Below, piece by piece: positions 30,817 through 40,700 of a stretch of DNA of 64,000 nucleotides. Below the pieces are notes generated by a model, which was given only the letters and a program-made list of their open reading frames with translations, searched no databases and had not been told where the DNA came from. This stretch comes from a bacterium (GTDB taxonomy: Bacteria; SZUA-182; DTGQ01). Numbering within the stretch: position 1 is the stretch's first letter; each line of letters begins with the position of its first letter. The stretch is taken from positions 2,246 through 66,245 of the forward strand of contig JAILZY010000010.1 of assembly GCA_023512255.1 (NCBI GenBank), written 5' to 3'. The position numbers and the translations under genes were made by a program.

Positions 30817-31783
30817 TAACTACATAGATTTTATTGTTTGTCCAGGCCAGACCGAGAGGCTGGCTGAACAGCCTGGGATTGCTCGACTGGCGCATAGAGT
30901 CAAGATATTCCCCCTTCTGGTTGAATACCTGGACCGAATTTGAGATAAAATCAGAAACATAAATCCGATCTCTGGCATCAATAGCCAGGCCATAGGGTCG
31001 AATAAATTCTCCCTCTTTGGTGCCGTTTTTGCCAAAAGCATAGCGAAATTTAAAATCAGGACTAAAAGACTGGACCCTGAAATTACCCGCATCAACGACA
31101 TAAATATTTCCTCGGCTATCGAAAGCAATATGAGCCGGACCGCTCAATCCTCCGTCTCCTCCGCCGGCAGTGCCGAAGGTGGCTTTTAATTCTCCAGAGA
31201 GTGTGTAGACTCCGATCTGGTGATTGCAGGCATCAGAGATATATAGCCGATTATCGAATGGATTGTAAGCGATAAAAGGGGCACAAAGATCGCGGCCTTT
31301 CTCTGGCTGGTGAAGGGGAAATTGCCCTTTAAGTTCGCCATCTGAGCTATAAATCAAAATCTTGTCTGTGGCCAGATCCGATACGTACACCCGATCCTGC
31401 CTGTCAATCGCTATCCCTGACGGCTCGCTCAGGTTTACTCCTTTGCCTTTTCCCTTGCCCTGCTTGGTCGGCTCTTGGCCAAAAGCAAACAGTAGCCGAC
31501 CCGAAGGATCAAATACCCGAATCTCATTGGTCAGCGAGCAGACAACAAAGAGGCGACCTTTGGAATCAAGGGCCAGCGCCGTGGGCTTGCCAGATGCTGG
31601 GCCTTGAAAACCAAGCTGAATCTGCCGCTCAAGCTGATAAAAGCTTTCTTTGCCGGCAGGTTGGCCAGCAGCCAGAGCTGAGCTGCTCAAGAGGAAGAGG
31701 GGAAAAAGCAGCGTCGCCAAGACAGATGCCAGAAAACCTTTTGGATTCAAAATCGGCTGGACAGTCATTATAATAGTCATCAT
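30773..31783 (-). CDS. Secreted NHL-repeat beta-propeller protein
   Basis: Signal peptide; blades PSGIAIDRQDRVYVSD, PAHIAFDSRGNIYVVD and PYGLAIDARDRIYVSD; overlaps the cytochrome start. Confidence 0.9.
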   Translation of the reverse strand: MMTIIMTVQPILNPKGFLASVLATLLFPLFLLSSSALAAGQPAGKESFYQLERQIQLGFQGPASGKPTALALDSKGRLFVVCSLTNEIRVFDPSGRLLFAFGQEPTKQGKGKGKGVNLSEPSGIAIDRQDRVYVSDLATDKILIYSSDGELKGQFPLHQPEKGRDLCAPFIAYNPFDNRLYISDACNHQIGVYTLSGELKATFGTAGGGDGGLSGPAHIAFDSRGNIYVVDAGNFRVQSFSPDFKFRYAFGKNGTKEGEFIRPYGLAIDARDRIYVSDFISNSVQVFNQKGEYLDSMRQSSNPRLFSQPLGLAWTNNKIYVVNAETKVVSVFDVSK

Positions 31784-31936
31784 AATATAAAATATTTTGA
31801 TAATATAAAATATTCGATAAATATTCGATAAAATATTGCCCCCGCCACTGAGGGTTAAAATTCAAGCTTTCTGCTTGCTGAGGTCATAATTTTTCATCTT
31901 GAAAAACATCAATTATCTTCATTTTGAAGCTATAGT

Positions 31937-31953
31937 AAGCAAAAGATGTGCCA
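31937..31953 (-). promoter_or_regulatory. Sigma-54 promoter
   Basis: Minus strand TGGCACATCTTTTGCTT, a near-perfect TGGCAC-N5-TTGCW match. Confidence 0.8.
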
Positions 31954-32173
31954 TAACCAAAACAAGATGCTATAACCAGCAGTAAACAAGAAATGTACCA
32001 TAACAAATAAGACCTTACCCTAAGACAATTGGCCGGGGAGAGTGTCTCTTAGGGTTAATCCCTGATACCTTGTATTACACATATTATGAAAAAAAAATAT
32101 AGATTTAGTCAATACTAATCTTGCTCTTTTTAGGGGAGAGCAAAAACAAGCCACACAGCTTTAGCACTTGTTT

Positions 32174-33727
32174 TTAGCTTGGCTCGTCAAGGCCATATCG
32201 TTTGATTTTCTTGTGTAAACCCTGCCTGGTAATCCCAAGCAAAGAGGCTGCTTTGTTCTTATTGCCCTGGGCTTCTTGAAGCGCTTTTCGGATAAGTCTA
32301 ATTTCCAAAGCCTTAACCTGCTCAGGGAGTGAATAATCAACGGCATCTTTCTCATGATCTTGCAGACTCTTGCTGAAATTTTGCAGCTCCCGTGAGCATT
32401 TGTCAATGGTAATTCGCTCCCCCTCAGGAGTTAGCGCAACCAGATGTTCTACCTCCCGCAGCAATTGGCGAACATTGCCCGGCCATGAATACTCCTCAAA
32501 CAGCCGCAAGACTTCAGGCGCAAAGCCAGCTACCCTTTTTTTGAATCTACGGCTTACTCGATCCAGAAAGGCTAAGGCCATAGTTACAATATCCTCCCGC
32601 CGCTCCCTGAGAGGCGGAATGTGGATCTCGACTGAAAACAGACGGAAGAAAAGATCCTCCCTGAAACGCCCCAAGGCCACCTCCTGGCGCAGGTCCTTGT
32701 TGGTTGAGCTGATGATCCGCAGATTATAGCGCATTACCTTGTTGCTTCCCAGCCGACAGCCTTCCCCCTCCTGAATGGCCCGCAAGAACTTAGGCTGAAT
32801 AGCCAGAGGCATATCAGCTACCTCATCCAGAAACAGTGTTCCGCCGTCAGCCTCCTCAAATCGACCCTTGCGGCTGGTAACCGCACCGGTGAACGCCCCT
32901 TTTTCATAGCCAAAGAATTCGCTTTCCATAAGATTTTCGAGAATCGAGGCACAGTTTACAGCCACAAAGGGTTTGTCGCGGCGGTCACTGCCTTCATGGA
33001 TCATTCGAGCAATAAGCTCCTTGCCGGTCCCGTGCTCGCCGTGGATGAAGACATTGACCGGAGTTTTGCTGATCATCCGCACCTCATCCATGATATTTCT
33101 CATAATCGGGCTTTCGACAATAAAGGGTATATCCCGAAAATAATTTCTTTCGAACCACTCGACCTCGCAGTTTAACTGGCTAGAGATTTGCAGAATCTCT
33201 CGGCTTAAAAGGATGCCCTCGATAGAGGTTGCAAGGAAAGAGGCGATTTCCTGCAATTGCTCCACATCTTCTGCGCTAAATCGCCCATCTCCCTTCTTGT
33301 TTAGTACCTCGATGGCTCCGATTACACCACGGCCAGTCAGACTTCTGATCGGAGCACAGATTAGACTGTGGGTAACAAAGCCGGTCTTGGCATCAATTTC
33401 AGTATGGAAACCGTGTCGCTTGTCCAGGTCATGCTCTACAATGCATTGATCGGTAGAGATAACCTTGCCGACAACACTTTCATCTTTGGGAGGCTCAATC
33501 TTCATTCCTTCTAGACCAGTGCCGAACATCGACCAGATTGTCCCCTTTTGTGCATCAGCCACAAAAACAGTGCAGCGTTCGGCATCCATAATTTTGGGCA
33601 GAATGGCTACGTAAAATTTCAGCAGGGCCTCATAATCGCCGACTGTCCAGGATTGGGTAACCTGCTCCAGACGAAATCTAAGGTTGGCAAGTCGCTGATG
33701 AATCATTTCAGGTTCATTGGCAGCCAC
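32174..33727 (-). CDS. GAF-domain sigma-54-dependent transcriptional activator (bEBP)
   Basis: GAF domain ([17 protein letters not shown]); AAA+ motifs [29 protein letters not shown] and WPGNVRQL; C-terminal Fis-type HTH. Confidence 0.95.
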   Translation of the reverse strand: MAANEPEMIHQRLANLRFRLEQVTQSWTVGDYEALLKFYVAILPKIMDAERCTVFVADAQKGTIWSMFGTGLEGMKIEPPKDESVVGKVISTDQCIVEHDLDKRHGFHTEIDAKTGFVTHSLICAPIRSLTGRGVIGAIEVLNKKGDGRFSAEDVEQLQEIASFLATSIEGILLSREILQISSQLNCEVEWFERNYFRDIPFIVESPIMRNIMDEVRMISKTPVNVFIHGEHGTGKELIARMIHEGSDRRDKPFVAVNCASILENLMESEFFGYEKGAFTGAVTSRKGRFEEADGGTLFLDEVADMPLAIQPKFLRAIQEGEGCRLGSNKVMRYNLRIISSTNKDLRQEVALGRFREDLFFRLFSVEIHIPPLRERREDIVTMALAFLDRVSRRFKKRVAGFAPEVLRLFEEYSWPGNVRQLLREVEHLVALTPEGERITIDKCSRELQNFSKSLQDHEKDAVDYSLPEQVKALEIRLIRKALQEAQGNKNKAASLLGITRQGLHKKIKRYGLDEPS

Positions 33728-33747
33728 TCTTGTTCCTCCACCTTTGT

Positions 33748-34027
33748 GTAAATAATGTTTACTATTGTAACCTGGTTGACATATTATAACCTGGTTGACA
33801 TCTCACCTTCTGCATGATAACTCATGGAGGTGATGCCTCATCAAGACTCTTGGCTAATAACCTCGAGAGGCTATTTTTATTGTCTTTATATTTTACCATA
33901 CTACTACATTTATTGAATACTTGCCAGACAAAGTCAAAAAGAATTTTGAAGTGTTTATAAGTTCTAGGCTTGGCCGTCTTAACTATCTGTGGAATAAACT
34001 AGGGGTATTTTCGTCAACACTGTTTAC
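33748..34027. promoter_or_regulatory. Candidate enhancer/operator sites
   Basis: gtaaa-N5-tttac (33748-33762), gtcaa-N5-tttac (34013-34027), TGT-N10-ACA (33766-33781) and a direct repeat of taacctggttgacat (33768 and 33787). Confidence 0.45.
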
Positions 34028-34143
34028 AGCAAAATCCATATCCTGCCCTTCCCAGATAATCCTGATAACTGTGGTTGAGCGCTGAGTTTTTATCATAATT
34101 TCAGTTAGTTACCGGTATACTACAACTGAAGAGACAGGTTTAT

Positions 34144-34160
34144 TGGCATGTGGTTTGCAT
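34144..34160 (+). promoter_or_regulatory. Sigma-54 promoter
   Basis: TGGCATGTGGTTTGCAT, 100 bp upstream of the small ORF and divergent from the bEBP. Confidence 0.75.
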
Positions 34161-34259
34161 CCGATATAAAGTAGTTTGCATCGGGAGATCATGGCTGTAA
34201 TTGCTGTAGTTCAAAATGCACTCTCATCACAGCGGATCAAAGAAGGAGGATTTCACATC

Positions 34260-34385
34260 ATGGCAAGCTCATTAATTAATATGGCAGGTATTATTTCCGC
34301 AGAGCAGGTTATTTTCTTGGTAATGATGATCAGCCTTTCCTTTATCCTAGTTAAACGAAGAAAATTCCCCGTACTGATCAAGTAG
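34260..34385 (+). CDS. 41-aa single-pass membrane peptide
   Basis: Strong RBS AAGGAGG; MASSLINMAGIISAEQVIFLVMMISLSFILVKRRKFPVLIK is a hydrophobic helix followed by KRRK. Confidence 0.6.
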   Translation: MASSLINMAGIISAEQVIFLVMMISLSFILVKRRKFPVLIK

Positions 34386-34728
34386 GCTTAGGCCAGTTTT
34401 TTTCTAGGTATATGAGTGTAGATTGATTTGCGTAGTTTATTAGGCAAACCCAAAGACACACAGAATACAGAATGAGGAGGAGGGGAGAGTTTGGGGGATT
34501 TCAAAAAATTCCCTCTTTCCTTAAAGAGGGATCGAGAGGCAAAGCTTGAAAAAAAGCCTCTCGATCCCTTCTCCAAAAGAAGGTTTTAAGAGAAGATCTT
34601 CTGGCGAAGGAGGTGAGCTTATAGAGGGGAGAGAGAGTAAAAATTTTTCATAGTAGTAGCAAGAGGTTAGGTTTGTGAGGTCAAAGAGCAAAGAATTTTT
34701 TTCAGATCAGAAAGGAGTGCTAAGAATC

Positions 34729-37700
34729 ATGTCTAAGGTAAAAGACAACTGGTGGGCCAAGTTAGTAAGCTCATCCTGTCTTGTGCTCTTTACCATAATA
34801 GCCCTTAGTGTTGGGTGTATGGGGATTTGGGTTAGCAAGACAGAGGCAGGAGGGGTAAACCTTTCGCTGAGTGGACAGGCGATTTATCCTCAGCCCGTGG
34901 ATCAGGAAGTGCCGGAAATTTACGGGACCAAGGTCGTCTGGATGCAGCAGGGGAATGATTATTATTACAAAGTATTCCTTGGCGATCTTGAGACCGGCAC
35001 CAGCAGGCAGCTTGGGAGCAGCCCGGCTGCGGAAAAGTATCCGGCCATCTGGGAGAATAAGGTTATCTGGATGGATTATCGAAGCATCATGGATGATCCA
35101 ACAGTAGAAAACAAATATGCATACATTTTCAAATACTATGATATGTATGGATATGACCTGGAGAAAAATCAGGAATTTCCCATTTGTACCAATCCAGAAT
35201 GGCAGGGATATGGAGATATCCAGAAGGATCGGGTTGTGTATGCTGATATGCGTACCGGCAGCCCGGATATCTTCCTCTATGACCTGAGAAGCAGTCAGGA
35301 ATACGCCATATGTATTCATCCCGCCTGGCAGGGAAATCCGGTCATTTATGATAATTATGTCATCTGGATGGACGAGCGCTCAGGCAATTATGATATCTAC
35401 GGCCTTGATCTAGCGACCGGTAAGGAATTTCCCATTTGCACCGCGGCTGATAACCAGGCTTATCCAGCTATCAGCGGCACAAAAGTGGTCTGGCAAGACA
35501 AAAGAAGTGGCAACGACGATATCTACCTCTATGATCTGGCCACAAAACAGGAAATCGCTATCTGTACCCATCCAGGAAAGCAGCAGGTGCCTGATATTTG
35601 CGGCAATATCATTGTCTGGCAGGATGACCGTAATGGGAATTGGGACATCTATGGTTATGATCTGACTACCTATCAGGAATTTCAGATTACTAACCAGAGC
35701 GGCGATGAGACCTTCCCTGCCATATCTGGTGATCGGATCGTCTGGGTGGATTCAAGGAGCGGCCACAAAAATATTTATGCGGCTACTTTGCCGTCTGGCT
35801 TTGCTCCACAAGCCAATAATCAGGTCAGAAATCGGGAGTCAATCACTGCTGCTAGCTCACTGGGTGACTCTATCACGGCCATGTCATTTGCTGCTAGCTC
35901 ACTGGCTAGCTCTATCGCCACCACGATTGCTCCGAATATCGAGATCTTAATACCCGAATTAATACCTGAAATCACCATACCCGCGATCACCTCTCCCATC
36001 ATCGAAGTGCCAAAAACCGGCCCCTCAATTATAGGCTACGAAAATAGCGGTTGTAAAAAAGAGATTACCTCTACCACCATCCGCGCTCCTGAGGAAGAGA
36101 AATTTACCTATAAGTATCAAGACAATATCCTTTATCTTTTTCATGAGAACGCCTCTTACAATTGCTGTATTGAGGAAATCGCCATCACTATGGAGGTGGT
36201 AGGAAATATCATCAATATTTATGAAGATGAAAGGCTTGAGGGAGGCGGCTGTCGATGTCTCTGCACCTATGATATAACCACTAAGATCGGCTGTCTTGAG
36301 CCTGGCACCTATGAGGTGAAATTCTTCAACAAGCAAACCGGCAAATTGCTCGGCGTGATCAAAGAGGTGGTTATTCCCCCGATTCCCTGTCTTCTTTCTG
36401 CCGCCGCACCGGTACAAAAATGCTGTCCACTTCCCTGCACCGATCCCATAAACCGCTGCTGTCCGTATGCCTCTGCTGTGCCAGAGCAAAGATGTGTGGT
36501 CTGTCCGGTGCCTTGGTGGCCATGTCCATGCAGCTATTTCGATGATATGGAGCAAGATACTTGGACATTCAGCCGAGGGATCAGCTCTTCTTCGTCCATC
36601 TCTACGCCGCTGCCACCTCCCCCAATTCAAGAGATTGATTATTCAACTGCCCAATACGTTTCACCGAAAAGATCAATCTGGGCCTATGTAGCCAGCTATC
36701 TTGAGACCGCGACCGATGCCAGTATTACTGGAGCAGGATACCGCACCCTTGGGGAAGGAGCAGAGCTTGCTACCGCTTCCAGCACCTCAGCATCCCTAGC
36801 GGCAGCAGCCAATGCCAGGGTAAGTGCTTCTCGGTCGTTTGAGCTTTGCGGCTGTGAGAATCTCAAGCTGAAGCTTTCTTACCAGATCCGCTACTCCATA
36901 AGCAAAATTAATCAATATCTCTATCGCCGCGTCGCGGTTGAGGTGATGGCTTATGATGCTGCTGGCAATCAGATGGGCAAGCGCACCTATGTCCTGTTTA
37001 GGAATCCTATCCAGGTATTGAGTCAGGAAGATATTGATATTGTGCTCCCTGCTCAGTCTGCATGGCAGACCCTGGCAAGATCCCTCCAAAAAGATATACC
37101 GATCAAATGGTGTGAGGCGAGAAAACTTCAGGTAATTTTAAAAGCCGAAGGATATTTCCCTGCTGGTCAGGGTGACTTTGTAGAAACATTCTGGGATGAT
37201 CTGGCCATTGAGGGGCAAAACTGTAATATCATCCTGCCGTGCTGTCCGCTGGCTCAGGCTGAGGTTGGGGCGGCAGATGCCCTGTGGTGTCGGCCCTGTC
37301 CTGTGGCTACGACGACAGCAGCCAGCCAGGCTCTGTGGTGCTGGCCCTGCCCGGTGGCTTCTGTTGATGCGGCAAGTGCAGATGCTCTGTGGTGTCGGCC
37401 ATGTCCCTATGAGATTCATATGCCAGATGGGACGATTAGGCGTTGCTGTCCTGTGGCTACGACGACAGCAGCCAACCAGGCTCTGTGGTGCTGGCCCTGC
37501 CCGATAGCGACTGGTGTTGAGGTCAATGTTCAGAGCTGGTGTTGTCCGCTGGCTAAGGCCGAGGTAGATACCCAGGTTTTGTGGTGTCGGCCCTGTCCTG
37601 TGGCCACTCAGCTTGATAATAACCTGATTCGCTGGTGCTGTCCGCTGGCCAAGGCTGAGGTGGATAGTCAGTCTTTGTGGTGCTGGCCCTGTCCGTATGT

Positions 37701-40700
37701 AGTGGAAAAGGATGGTCAGCTTACCCGCTGGTGTTGTCCTGTGGCTCAAAATGTAGACACGCAACTTTGGTGCAGGCCATGTCCTTATCCCAAGGCTACT
37801 GATAAGGAGCTTAATATATACTGCTGTCCTGTGGCTACGGCGACGGCGGCTGGCCAGGCAATGTGGTGTCGGCCTTGTCCTTTGGCTTCAGATGTAGCAG
37901 ATGAGGCACTCAAGCTTTGGTGCTGTCCGCTGGCTCAGGCTGAGGTTGGGGCGGCAGATGCCCTGTGGTGTCGGCCATGCCCTGTGGCTACGACGACGGC
38001 AGCCGGCCAGGCTCTGTGGTGCTGGCCCTGCCCGGTGGCTTCTGTTGATGCGGCAAGCGCAGATGCTCTGTGGTGTCGGCCATGTCCGGTTCCGATAACT
38101 CCGCTGCCTGACAATTGCCTAATTGGAACGGTTAAAGAAATTCAACATCATGTCTCGGTCGGACGATCTGATCTAAAGGTAGTGGATGAATCGGGAAATA
38201 TTAGGGAGATATCTGTACCGCTTACCCAGGCCGAAAATCTCAAGGTTGGCGATAAGGTTAAAGTTTGCATTGAGACGGATAAAAATGGCGAGATTATTTC
38301 AATCACCATTGAAAAGTACGATCCTAACGCACAGGTAGTGCCTCCAGCTCAGATTTGCTGTCCGCTGGCTCAGGCTGAGGTTGGGGCGGCAGATGCTCTG
38401 TGGTGTCGGCCATGCCCGATAGCTTCTGTTGATGCGGCGAGCGCAGATGCCCTGTGGTGTCGGCCATGCCCTGTGGCTACGACGACGGCAGCCGGCCAGG
38501 CTCTGTGGTGCTGGCCTTGCCCGATAGCTTCTGTTGATGCGGCGAGTGCAGATGCCCTGTGGTGTCGGCCATGTCCCTATGAGATTCATATGCCAGATGG
38601 GACGATTAGGCGCTGCTGCCCTGTGGCTACGGCGACGGCAGCCAACCAGGCTCTGTGGTGCCGGCCTTGTCCTGTGGCTTATGTTGATGCGGCGAGCGCA
38701 GATGCCCTGTGGTGTCGGCCCTGTCCTGTGGCTACGACGACGGCAGATGGCCAGGCCCTGTGGTGTCGGCCCTGTCCTGTGGCCACTCAGCTTGATAATA
38801 ACCTGATTCGCTGGTGCTGTCCGCTGGCCAAGGCTGAGGTGGATAGTCAGTCTTTGTGGTGCTGGCCCTGTCCGTATGTAGTGGAAAAGGATGGTCAGCT
38901 TACCCGCTGGTGTTGTCCTGTGGCTCAAAATGTAGACACGCAACTTTGGTGCAGGCCATGTCCTTATCCCAAGGCTACTGATAAGGAGCTTAATATATAC
39001 TGCTGTCCTGTGGCTACGGCGACGGCGGCTGGCCAGGCAATGTGGTGTCGGCCTTGTCCTTTGGCTTCAGATGTAGCAGATGAGGCACTCAAGCTTTGGT
39101 GCTGTCCGCTGGCTCAGGCTGAGGTTGGGGCGGCAGATGCTCTGTGGTGTCGGCCCTGTCCTGTGGCTACGACGACGGCAGCCGGCCAGGCTCTGTGGTG
39201 CTGGCCCTGCCCGATAGCTTCTGTTGATGCGGCAAGTACAGATGCCCTGTGGTGTCCGCCCTGCCCGGTGGCTACGACTACGGCAGCCGGCCAGGCTCTG
39301 TGGTGTCGGCCCTGCCCGGTGGCTTCTGTTGATGCGGCGAGCGCAGATGCCCTGTGGTGTCGGCCCTGCCCTGTGGCTACGACGACGGCAGCCGGCCAGG
39401 CTCTGTGGTGCCAGCCAGGAGTAGTTACCGAATGTTTAGAGGAAACCTCAGGAGCCTTGGACATTGAAGGCGCTCAGGCAGATGTGGGTGATGAGGTCAA
39501 GATCAAGATTCGGATTCAGAATGCGCCCGGTGTGGTATCTTCCTTCGGCTTTGAGGTTATCTACAGGTCGGATATTTTAGAGTATCAAGGCTTTGAGCGC
39601 GGAAATCTCGTACTTTCCTTCCCCATGATTGATGTTAGCCCAAGCGGCCCAGACAGGCTCAAGGTGGGAGGATTATCAGCGAATCCTATACCGCAGGGAG
39701 CAAGTGGTTCGGTTGTGGTGCTAAAATTCAAGGTCATAGGTGGTGTGAAAGATGAATGTTATCCCTTGAGTCTGGAAAATCTGGTAGATGATCTAGTCAA
39801 ATTCTCCAAAACTGGCGGCTGTCTATGCATCAAGGATACTGTACCACCTCAGATTACCTGCCCGGGAGATAGGGTTATCGGCCAGATAAATAGCGATGGT
39901 ACGCCTGCTGACGATCCTGAGGTAGTTGCCTTCCTCGCTGAGGCCAAAGCATGGGATGCAGTTGATGGTGAGGTTGCGGTTTCAGCCACCTTCCAATTTG
40001 ATCAGACCAGTGGAGTTACCAGCACTAGTGAGCCTGTCCCTGGAGCTGAAATAATTATAGATGCAGACGATCAAGCCAAGATATTTTCTGGCAATCCTCT
40101 TATCCTTCCTCCTGGCCAGACCACAGTAATCTTTACCGCTAGAGACAAAGCTGGCAACAGCTCTTCCTGCACAGCTACGATCACCATTCAGCCAATGGTA
40201 TGCGAGGAGGATGAGTCCGGGCAGCTCGATATTAAAGGCACGGAAGGCAGGATAGGAGAGGAAGTGAAGATTCCGATTCGGATTCAGAATGCGCCCGGTG
40301 CCATCTCTGCTCTTGGCTTTGAGGTAAGCTACAAACCCTCTGTCCTTGAGTATGTTGGGTTTGAGCGAGGAAGCCTGGCGGCCTCTTTCTCTGTCTTCGA
40401 TGTCAACCCAATTGCCTCTGGCAGGCTCATTGTAGGTGGATACTCCACCCGAGGTATCCCGCAGGGAGCAAGCGGCGATCTGCTTATCCTGAAGTTTAAG
40501 GTTAAGGATGGTATGGAAGGTGGATGCTATCCCTTGAAGCTGGATGGGCTGACGGATGATGTGGTTAACTTTACAGCCAGCCCGGGTTGCTTCTGTATCA
40601 AGAGCTGCAACGGCGATCAAAATGGAGATGGAGTTATTACTCCTGCTGATGCGCTCATAGTGTTCAAGTGTTACCTTGGATCAGGACCTTGCGGCGATTG

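Noticed and set aside
37581..39140. Diversity-generating retroelement template/variable repeat pair
   Set aside because: The copies appear identical rather than differing at adenines, both are in-frame in one gene, and there is no reverse transcriptase in the window.
37237..39412. CRISPR-like periodicity (conserved core with variable spacers)
   Set aside because: Units are codon multiples, vary at synonymous positions, lie inside a long ORF and reuse the same spacers; no cas genes are present.
37237..39412. Thioredoxin domains or heme-binding sites
   Set aside because: The spacing of 15-18 aa is too short for a thioredoxin fold, and CxxC is followed by Pro rather than His.
37138..39464. Repetitive alternative-frame and antisense ORFs (RTGPTPQ, CGVGP and HHRA repeats)
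   Set aside because: They are shadows of the Cys-repeat array, with no RBS or independent support.
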